A stretch of DNA of 20,156 bases, from the NCBI GenBank assembly GCA_040081625.1, contig JBEBGD010000100.1, forward strand, positions 1-20,156, given 5' to 3'. Position numbers and translations under genes: made by a program. Positions within the stretch are counted from its first letter, which is position 1. Every line of letters starts with the position of its first letter. Source of the DNA: Chthoniobacteraceae bacterium. Lineage in GTDB: Bacteria > Verrucomicrobiota > Verrucomicrobiia > Chthoniobacterales > Chthoniobacteraceae. Below the pieces are notes generated by a model. It did not search any database. It saw nothing but the letters and a program-made list of their open reading frames with translations, and had not been told where the DNA came from. Shown piece by piece: positions 1 to 7,610 of the stretch.

Positions 1-1
1 C

Positions 2-946
2 GCTGACGCTGCCGGCCTTCGTCCTGCCGGGCCAGCGCACGATGCCGGGCACGCGGATGCCGCCCTCGTAGATGGCGCCTTTTTTGTCGCGCAAAGGACC
101 GGCCGAGCCGTGCGGATGCTGCGAGGTGATGGCGGGACCGTTGTCGCTGGAGAAGAAGACGAGCGTGCTTTCGCGCAGGCCTTGCGCATCGAGCGCGCGC
201 ATGATCTGGCCGAACGCGGCGTCCATCTGCGTGATGTTGCCGTGATGCGCGGAGTAGCTCGGATCGTCGGAGGGATAGAGCTTCGAGTATTTGTCGTCGG
301 AGGCGATGGGCTCGTGCGGTTCGTGGAGGCAGACGTAGAGAAAGAACGGCTTCGACTTGTCGCGCAACTCCGCGAGCCAGCGGAGCGCCTCGTCGGCGAC
401 GATGTGCGCCGCGTAGCCCTCGATGAGGCCGACTTCCTTTCCGTTGCGCACGAAGTTGTCGGGGTTGCGATGATTCGGATACGCGTTGTTCTGCGTGGAG
501 AACCAATGGTCGAAGCCGAGGTCGGATGGCTGCGGCTGGGTCGGCTTGTTGAACTCGCCGTTGAGATGCCACTTGCCGCTGTGGCACGTGGCGTAGCCCG
601 CCTGCTGCAGGAGCTTCGCGACGGTGATCTCGCTGCGCCGGACATGGACGGGCGAATCCTCGGGAATCCAATCGCGCACGCCGACCCGCGCGGGCGTGCG
701 GCCGGTCATCAGCGCGGTGCGCGAGGGCGAGCAGTTCGGACTGCCGGAGTAGCATGCGGTGAGCTTCAGGCTCTCGGCAGCGAAGCCGTCGAGGTGCGGC
801 GTCTGCACGTCCTTGCAGCCGAAGCAGCCGATGTCGCCGTAGCCGAGGTCGTCGGCGATGACGACGAGGATGTTCGGACGATCCGCCGCGAGAGCGTTTG
901 CGACGAGGGTGACTGCGGCGAGGAAAAGAAGGGATGGTCTGCGCAT
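2..946 (-). CDS. Arylsulfatase A-family (formylglycine-dependent) sulfatase, 3' end outside the window
   Basis: Not in the ORF track because it runs off the left edge. Manual translation from ATG at 946: MRRPSLLFLAAVTLVANALAADRPNILVVIADDLGYGDIGCFG...TPHLD...NCSPSRTALMTGR. This gives a signal peptide, the PNILVVIADDLGYGD motif and the CxPxR formylglycine motif; GKWHL and YEGGIRVP occur further on. Confidence 0.95.
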   Translation of the reverse strand, partial: MRRPSLLFLAAVTLVANALAADRPNILVVIADDLGYGDIGCFGCKDVQTPHLDGFAAESLKLTACYSGSPNCSPSRTALMTGRTPARVGVRDWIPEDSPVHVRRSEITVAKLLQQAGYATCHSGKWHLNGEFNKPTQPQPSDLGFDHWFSTQNNAYPNHRNPDNFVRNGKEVGLIEGYAAHIVADEALRWLAELRDKSKPFFLYVCLHEPHEPIASDDKYSKLYPSDDPSYSAHHGNITQMDAAFGQIMRALDAQGLRESTLVFFSSDNGPAITSQHPHGSAGPLRDKKGAIYEGGIRVPGIVRWPGRTKAGSVS

Positions 947-993
947 GGCGGTGATTACGCGCCGGACGGCGTGCGCGGAGCAACCACGCGTTG

Positions 994-2163
994 CTACAGC
1001 GCCATGAGCGGCGCGGGCACGAGGAAGGCGTGTTGCTCGAGCAGGCTGCGCGCGCCGTTCCACGAGAGGTAGGGCGTGATATACACCACGAGCGCGTAGG
1101 CGAGAGCGACCGGCACGATGGCGAGCCGTCCGAGCCAGCGCACGCTCCAGTGGCGATCCTGTTCGCGTCGCAGGGCGCGGCTCGTGGCCCAGCCCGTCAG
1201 GATTCGCGCGGGGAAGATGAAGGCCACGAAGAGCAGGCTCGGCAGCCATGCGAGTTCGCGCGGAGTGAGCTCGATCTTCAGCAGGTAGAGCGGGATCGCG
1301 AAGAGCAGCGTGACGAGCAGCGCCAGCCAGAACGCGAGCGGCGCGCGGCGAAAGCGGGCGCGCACTTCGCGCCACTCGAACATCGCGGCAAACCGACCGC
1401 TGTGCGCGAAGTGCGCCTGGAGAAAAGGCAGATGGATCGCCACGGTGAGCAGCATCAGCAGCGCGGGCAGCGAGAGCAGCGCGGCGCCGCCGACCGGCAG
1501 CTTCGTGGTCAGGAGCAGCAACCCAACCGGCGCGGCGAGCCACACCACGGCGCCGACGAATCCGCGCAGACCGAGCCAGAAATAGAACGGCAGACGCAGC
1601 CCGATCACGTAATCGATCGAGATGCGCTGGGCGTTGTCGAACTTCCCCGGCGCACGCAGCCACTTGAAAAACCGCAACGGTGCCGGCCAAAGAAAGTGCA
1701 CCAGCCGTCCGCCGCGCACGCAGGCCCAGCCGATGTGCAGGAACGTGAGCAGGGCGACGACGATGACCGCGACGCGCAGCCCCGCCGCAGTCGGGCCGCC
1801 CGGCGCGATGATCTCCGCATCTCTCCAGAATCCCGAGAGGATTCGCGCGGGCCACAGGACGAGCCAGATGCCCGCGACCATGCTGCCCAGCACCGAGGCC
1901 TTCCGCACGCCGATGAAGGCGTCGCGCAACCGGCCCGTGCGCGCGACGGTGCCGCTGACGTTGAGCAGATATCCGAGGCTGAGAAAGTTGAGCACGGGGA
2001 TCACCGAACATGCTGCGAGCGCGGCAATCACCGCGGCGAAACCGAACAGCCAGTCCAGCGCGGAACCGCAGCGGCTGAGCAGTCCGCGCCCCGGCGCTCC
2101 GATGAGGTCGATCGCCTCGGGCGCGCGTGTGGTGTCGAGGGAAGTGTCGGCGACAGTGGGCAT
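994..2163 (-). CDS. Multi-pass membrane protein, DUF4013-like (PVC type)
   Basis: 389-aa ORF with about 8-9 hydrophobic segments and IPVLNFLSLGYLL resembling the DUF4013 N-terminal motif. Ends 47 nt upstream of the co-oriented sulfatase start. Confidence 0.7.
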   Translation of the reverse strand: MPTVADTSLDTTRAPEAIDLIGAPGRGLLSRCGSALDWLFGFAAVIAALAACSVIPVLNFLSLGYLLNVSGTVARTGRLRDAFIGVRKASVLGSMVAGIWLVLWPARILSGFWRDAEIIAPGGPTAAGLRVAVIVVALLTFLHIGWACVRGGRLVHFLWPAPLRFFKWLRAPGKFDNAQRISIDYVIGLRLPFYFWLGLRGFVGAVVWLAAPVGLLLLTTKLPVGGAALLSLPALLMLLTVAIHLPFLQAHFAHSGRFAAMFEWREVRARFRRAPLAFWLALLVTLLFAIPLYLLKIELTPRELAWLPSLLFVAFIFPARILTGWATSRALRREQDRHWSVRWLGRLAIVPVALAYALVVYITPYLSWNGARSLLEQHAFLVPAPLMAL

Positions 2164-2226
2164 GCTTGGGTGAGTGGTGGACGCTCAAACCCCGCGATCG
2201 GTCACAAAAAGTTTTCGCGTTCGCCG

Positions 2227-2252
2227 GTAACGTTTGCGCGCGCGCCGCGTCT
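2227..2252 (+). promoter_or_regulatory. Putative ECF sigma-factor promoter for the DUF1549-DUF1501 operon
   Basis: GTAAC (2227-2231), 16-nt spacer, CGTCT (2248-2252). Matches the general ECF AAC-N16/17-CGT architecture and lies about 40 nt upstream of the likely GTG start. Confidence 0.5.
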
Positions 2253-2293
2253 CTACCCTCAATCCCGGCCTTGCCGCACTCGTCTCACTCAGC

Positions 2294-3940
2294 GTGAATT
2301 CCTTTCTCTCCGTCCAAAGCTGGCCCGCATGGTTGCGCAACGGCTTCATCGTTGCGCTCCTCGCTGGCGGCGCTGCGATCGAGTTGCGCTCGCTGCTTTC
2401 GCCGCCCGTCGTGGCGAAGGTCGCGGTCGAGCCCGCTGCGGATGGCGTGCGCGATACTACACGGGCCGTCGATGCGGCATTCGGGGTGGACTGGCAGAAG
2501 AACAATCTCACGCCAGCACCGGCCGCGGACGCGCTGGCCGTCGTCCGCCGCCTTTCGCTCGCGCTCACCGGCAGCATTCCCTCGCTGCAAGAAATACGTG
2601 CGATCGAGGCGCAACCCGAGAGTGAACGCGTCGGTTGGTGGCTTGCGCATCTGCTCGCGGATCGCCGCAGCGACGACTACCTCGCCGAGCGGCTCGCCCG
2701 CGTTTTTGTCGGCACCGAGCAAGGCCCGTTCATCGTCTATCGCCGCCGGCGCCTCGTCGATTGGCTCGCCGAGGAGTTGCGAGCGAAGCGGCCTTACGAC
2801 CAGATCGTCCGCTCGCTGATCGATGCGCAGGGCATCTGGACCACCAACCCGGAGGTGAATTTCGTCACCGCAGCCGTCGAACCGAACAAGGGGCCGAGCG
2901 AGGAGAAACTCGCCGCGAAGGTCAGCCGCGCATTTCTCGGCGTGCAGATGGACTGCGTGCAGTGCCATGACGGGAAGCTCGATAGCACATGGAAGCAGCG
3001 CGATTTCCACCAGCTCGCGGCGTTCTTCGGGCAGAGCAATTTTTCGCTCGTCGGCCTGCGCGACGACCCGAAGCAGAAGTATGAGTATCGTTACCTGCGG
3101 AAGTCGGACGAGGAAGTCGTCCCGACCGTCGTGCCGTGGCAGTCGGAGCTTCTCCCTGAGCAGGGTGCGCCGCGGCAGCGCCTCGCGCAGTGGGTCACGT
3201 CGCCGGAGAACAAGCCCTTCGCGCGCGCGTTCGTGAACCGGATGTGGGCGTTCATGTTCAATCGTCCGCTGGTGCTGCCGATCGACGAGATCCCGCTGCA
3301 CGGGCCGTTTCCGCCGGGCCTGGAGATTCTCGCGGAGGATTTCGCAGCTCATGGATTCGACGTGCAGCGTCTCATCCGCGTGATCGCCGGCACGCGCGTC
3401 TTTCAAATGCGCAGCGAATCCGCGGACCCGGATCACCCGCCCGGCGACGAGGCGGAGAAGCACTGGGCGGCATTTCCGATGACGCGCTTGCGCCCGGACC
3501 AGATGGCCGGAAGCGTGATCCAGGCGGCTTCGCTCAGCACGATCGACGCGGACACGCAGGTGATCTTCCGCCTGAAGCGCGACGCCGACGTGTCGAACTT
3601 CGTGAAGCGTTACGGCGATGTCGGCGAGGACGAGTTTGGCGATCAAAGCGGCACGATCACGCAGCGGCTGCTGATGATGAACGGCAGCATGATCTCCAGC
3701 AACACCGGCACGAATTTCCTCACCACCGCGTCAGCGCGAATCAGCATGTTGTCGCCCGATCCCGCTGCTGCCGTGGAGACTGCCTACCTCGCCGTTTTCA
3801 CGCGACGGCCAAGCGCGGAGGAGGCCGATTACTTCACCGGCAAACTCGCGCAGGCGCGTGAAAACAAGTCGCGCTCAAGCGTGATGTCCGACCTTTACTG
3901 GACGCTGTTGAACTCGACCGAATTCGCCTGGAGCCACTGA
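2294..3940 (+). CDS. DUF1549 (PSCyt2) / DUF1553 (PSD1) domain protein
   Basis: Motifs VRRLSLALTGSIPS, PYDQIVRSLI, FLGVQMDCVQCHD (CxxCH), RQRLAQWVTSPENKPFARAFVNRMW and terminal DLYWTLLNSTEF, plus an N-terminal hydrophobic segment. Start is uncertain: GTG 2294 preferred, ORF track gives TTG 2234. Confidence 0.9.
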   Translation: MNSFLSVQSWPAWLRNGFIVALLAGGAAIELRSLLSPPVVAKVAVEPAADGVRDTTRAVDAAFGVDWQKNNLTPAPAADALAVVRRLSLALTGSIPSLQEIRAIEAQPESERVGWWLAHLLADRRSDDYLAERLARVFVGTEQGPFIVYRRRRLVDWLAEELRAKRPYDQIVRSLIDAQGIWTTNPEVNFVTAAVEPNKGPSEEKLAAKVSRAFLGVQMDCVQCHDGKLDSTWKQRDFHQLAAFFGQSNFSLVGLRDDPKQKYEYRYLRKSDEEVVPTVVPWQSELLPEQGAPRQRLAQWVTSPENKPFARAFVNRMWAFMFNRPLVLPIDEIPLHGPFPPGLEILAEDFAAHGFDVQRLIRVIAGTRVFQMRSESADPDHPPGDEAEKHWAAFPMTRLRPDQMAGSVIQAASLSTIDADTQVIFRLKRDADVSNFVKRYGDVGEDEFGDQSGTITQRLLMMNGSMISSNTGTNFLTTASARISMLSPDPAAAVETAYLAVFTRRPSAEEADYFTGKLAQARENKSRSSVMSDLYWTLLNSTEFAWSH

Positions 3941-3944
3941 CCCT

Positions 3945-5252
3945 ATGCTGAGCGCGCACAACGATCTCCACTCCGCCTGCGGTAGCAGCGACCACATCAC
4001 GCGCCGCACGTTGCTCAAGGGCGCGTGCCTGACCGGGCTGACGTGGCTCACGCCGCTCGCGGATCTGCTCGCGCTCGAGGCCGAGAATGCGCCAGGCGGA
4101 AAGCCGGCGCGCTCCGTCATTCTGCTGTGACTGGCCGGCGGGCCGAGCCAGCTCGATACCTTCGATCCGCAACCCACCACGAAGATCGGCGGCGGCGTGC
4201 GCGCGATCGACACGGCGATCCCCGGCGTGCGCTTCGCCGCAGGGCTCGAGCAGACCGCGAGCGTGATGCAGGACGTGTCGCTCATCCGCTCGATGGTGAG
4301 CAAAGAGGGCGATCACGAGCGCGCGATTTGCAACATCAAGACCGGCTACCGCCCGATTCCCGCGCTCACGCATCCGTCCATCGGTGCGATCATCAGCCAC
4401 GAACTGCCCGACGCGAAGATCGAGATTCCGACTCACGTCTCGATCCTCCCGAATCGCTGGCCCGCGCGCGGCGGATTTTTCGGAGCGGAATACGCCGCCT
4501 TCCAAATCGGCGATCCCGCCAAGCCCGTGCCGGATGTGAAGGCGGTCGCCGGAGCGGAAGGCATGGAGCGGCGACTCGCCGACCTGCAGGTGGTCGAGCG
4601 CGCCTTCGCGCGTGGACGCCGGCCCGATCTGGAGAAGACGAAGACGTTGCATCAACTCACGATGCAGAGCGCGCGGCGCATCATGAGCTCCGATCAGCTG
4701 AAGGCGTTCGATGTCAGCGAAGTGCCAGCCGCCGAGCGCGCCGCGTATGGCGACACGCCGTTCGGGCGCGGCTGCCTCGCGGCGGTGCGATTGATCGAGG
4801 CCGGCGTGCGGTGCGTAGAAGTCACGCTCAACGGCTGGGACACGCACGCGAACAATGCGGAAGGCCAGGCCGCGCAGGTGAAGATTCTCGATGCCGCCTA
4901 CGCGTCGCTCATTCGCGATCTGAAACGGCGCGGCCTGCTCGATCACACGATCGTGCTTTGCGGCGGCGAGTTTGGCCGGACGCCGAAGATCAATCTCTTC
5001 GACGGGCGCGACCACTGGGCGAAGGGATTCAGCATGCTCGTGGCGGGCGGCGGTTTCGCCGGCGGACGACTGATCGGAGAGACCGATCCCGAAGGCGTGA
5101 AGGAAGAGCCGACCGATCCTATCCGAGTCGAGGATCTGCACGCCACCGCGCAGCACCTGCTCGGCATCGATTACACGAAGGAGATCATGACGTCGATCGG
5201 CCGCCCGATCGCGCTCAGCGACGGTCGTGTGATCCGGAAGCTCAAGTCGTAG
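3945..5252 (+). pseudogene. DUF1501 family protein interrupted by one in-frame TGA (codon 62, 4128-4130)
   Basis: ORFs 3945..4130 and 4197..5252 share a frame. Reading through gives TRRTLLKG (Tat-like)...SVILL*LAGGPSQLDTFDP...GWDTH...GEFGRTPKIN...GRDHW, typical of DUF1501. The stop replaces the usual W of LWLxGGPSQ. Could be a true nonsense allele or a sequencing error. Confidence 0.8.
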
Positions 5253-5258
5253 CGCGCG

Positions 5259-6125
5259 TCACGGCAACTCCGTGCCGCACTGCTGGCAGAAGCGTGCGCG
5301 CGGGTCGTGGTCCTCCCATCCGCACTCACCGCAACGGCGGCGCGCGGAACGGTTGCGGGCCAGTTCGCGCCCCATCTCCGCCGCCACGACTCCGGTCGGC
5401 ACGGCGATGATGGCGAAGCCGGTGAGCATGATCAGCGAGGCCATCATCTTGCCGGGAACGGTGATCGGCGAGACGTCGCCGTAGCCGACCGTGGTGATGG
5501 TGACGACGGCCCAGTAGATCGCCTGCGGGATGTTGCTGAAGCCTTCGTTCGTGCCGTGCTCGAGCAGATACATGATGGTGCCCTCGACGCTGACGAGCGC
5601 CAGGACGCTGAAGAGGAAGACGGAGATTTTCGTGCGGCTCGCGCGCAGTGCGTTGAGCAGCACGCCGGCTTCGCCGATGTGATGCGCCATCTTCAAGACG
5701 CGAAACATTCGCAGCAGCCGCAGCACGCGCAGCATCATGAGGTAGTGCGAGCCGAGCAGGAAAAGTTCGAGGTAGCTCGGCAGGATGGCCAGCAAATCGA
5801 CTACGCCGAAAAAGGTTCGCGCATAGCGCGCGGGACGCCGCACGACCCAGAGCCGCAGCGCATACTCGATCGTAAAAACGATCGTGAAGACCCACTCCAG
5901 GATCCGGAATGTCGCTCCGTGCTCGGCGCGCAGCGAGTCCACGCTCTCGAGCATCACCACGAGCACGCTCGCGCCGATGATCCAGAGCAGCGCCACGTCG
6001 AAGGCGCGGCCCGCGGGCGTGTCGGATAGGAAAATGATCCGCCAGAGTCGCTCGCGGAATGGGCCGACGGCAGGCTTTTGAATTGGCGATGCGGGCGAAG
6101 AGTTCGGGTCGGAGTCGGCGGTCAT
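5259..6125 (-). CDS. Six-TM voltage-gated-type potassium channel (ion transporter) with C-terminal zinc ribbon
   Basis: S4-like LRVLRLLRMFRVLK, pore signature YWAVVTITTVGYGD, C-terminal CGECG...FCQQCG. Start ATG 6125 preferred (track gives 6164). Confidence 0.93.
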   Translation of the reverse strand: MTADSDPNSSPASPIQKPAVGPFRERLWRIIFLSDTPAGRAFDVALLWIIGASVLVVMLESVDSLRAEHGATFRILEWVFTIVFTIEYALRLWVVRRPARYARTFFGVVDLLAILPSYLELFLLGSHYLMMLRVLRLLRMFRVLKMAHHIGEAGVLLNALRASRTKISVFLFSVLALVSVEGTIMYLLEHGTNEGFSNIPQAIYWAVVTITTVGYGDVSPITVPGKMMASLIMLTGFAIIAVPTGVVAAEMGRELARNRSARRRCGECGWEDHDPRARFCQQCGTELP

Positions 6126-6195
6126 GAGTTCGACGCCGCCATCAAAACGCACCGACTGGCCCACACGCGAGCGCTATGTGGACCTCAGTGCGCTC

Positions 6196-7584
6196 TCACG
6201 ATCTGCCGGGAAAGCGAATGAGCGTCGCGTTGTCCTTGGGCGCGATGCGCCACGACGTTTCCACTTCCACCTGCCCGACCAACTCCGCCTCACTCATCCC
6301 GGCGCGCGGATCGCGTTGCAGTTTCCCGTCTTGATCCACATAAATCTTGATCAGGTATTTTCCGGGCTTGAGGGAAAGCGCATCGGCTTCATTTGTGCCG
6401 CGCGGCGCGAGGCGCGTGAGCGCGAACTGCCACCAACTGCCTTTTGGATTCACGAGCCACGAGGCGGTGGCGACGCGACGTTTGCTCCAGCCTGCATCGG
6501 TCCACGCAAAGATGTCCGCTTGCAGCGGAAGCTTGGCGAAGCGCTCGGGAATGTCGGTGATTCGCAGGCGCATCTGCGTCGGACGCCCGACTTCCGCGCC
6601 TGGTGCCGGCAGCGTCCCGGCCTTGGCGTAACGCCCTGTTTTGATGGCGCCGTAGTCCTCGGCGAAGGCGAGGAACTGCAGATACGATCGGTCGCCAGTC
6701 ACCATCTTTCGCCCGCCCTTGTGCGACTTCTCGAGCGTGGGCTTGGTCAGCAGCGGGCTCCTCTCCGGGCGATCGAGATCGAGAAGGTCACTCTCGACGA
6801 TCAAGCGCAACGTGCCGAGCGGATCGCCCGGTTTGATCCACGACATGAACTCACCGTGCTTCTCGACGAGTCGCTGATTCTGCTCCGGCGAGTGACAAGA
6901 CGCGCAGCGGCCCATCTCGACCCAAACATTCTCGAGGAACGACGAGAGCACGCGGTCGGTGCGCGCATGGCGGATGACTTCGGCGGAAAGTTTCGGCCCG
7001 GCGGGCGAATCGGCGGGCTTCGTGGCGAGCACCTTCGGATCCTTCACCGCCGCATGAATCCACGCGCGGAAGGCCTCGAACTCCTGCCGGCGCACTTCGT
7101 CGCCGATCAAGCCGGGCTGATTTGGCCGGCGGCTGATGAACTCGAGGATCTTCGAGTTGTCCGGATGCGCGGTGTCGATGAGCCGGCCCTTGAGCAGCGC
7201 CGCGAACGTCTTTTCCTGATCGGGAAAAATGTAGTCCTTCAACTCCACCCCGCTGAGGTGGCACTCGGTGCAGCTCGACGGCTTCGCCGAATTGAAGATC
7301 GGCAGGATGCGCTTCTCAAAAAGCGCGCGCGCATCCGCCGTGGCGTCGAGCGGCTGGACCCACTCGGCGCGCGGCCTCGGCGCTTCGTCGGTGTAGGGCG
7401 CTGGCAGATTCGGCGTGAAGCGATTGATCGGATCGGCAGCGTGCCCGGTCTGTGCGACCGGGCGATCCGCGGCGGCCGGAGTGCCCTTCGGCGCATCCGT
7501 TTGCGCCGGTTTCTGAGCGCCAAAACTCGTGATGCCGAGACACAGCACCGCGCAGAGCGATTGAAGGAGGTGCGGATGGGTCAT
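6196..7584 (-). CDS. Exported di-heme c-type cytochrome, Planctomycete cytochrome c-like
   Basis: 462 aa with an N-terminal signal peptide and two CxxCH motifs: CTECH (7258-7272) and CASCH (6892-6906). Flanking FEKRILPIF, PDNSKILEFI and SPLLTKP..SHKGG resemble PVC cytochrome domains. Confidence 0.75.
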   Translation of the reverse strand: MTHPHLLQSLCAVLCLGITSFGAQKPAQTDAPKGTPAAADRPVAQTGHAADPINRFTPNLPAPYTDEAPRPRAEWVQPLDATADARALFEKRILPIFNSAKPSSCTECHLSGVELKDYIFPDQEKTFAALLKGRLIDTAHPDNSKILEFISRRPNQPGLIGDEVRRQEFEAFRAWIHAAVKDPKVLATKPADSPAGPKLSAEVIRHARTDRVLSSFLENVWVEMGRCASCHSPEQNQRLVEKHGEFMSWIKPGDPLGTLRLIVESDLLDLDRPERSPLLTKPTLEKSHKGGRKMVTGDRSYLQFLAFAEDYGAIKTGRYAKAGTLPAPGAEVGRPTQMRLRITDIPERFAKLPLQADIFAWTDAGWSKRRVATASWLVNPKGSWWQFALTRLAPRGTNEADALSLKPGKYLIKIYVDQDGKLQRDPRAGMSEAELVGQVEVETSWRIAPKDNATLIRFPGRS

Positions 7585-7610
7585 CGGTGCGTGTGGGTGC
7601 GCGAGTCGCG

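Noticed and set aside
110..1072. 320-aa plus-strand ORF in the track
   Set aside because: Antisense shadow of the minus-strand sulfatase, which has clear family motifs. The plus ORF has none.
4128..4151. DUF1501 TGA as selenocysteine, or as evidence of UGA=Trp/Gly code reassignment
   Set aside because: The position corresponds to Trp, the hairpin lacks SECIS spacing, and TGA ends many genes at their natural C-termini (3940, 10433, 10607, 14936).
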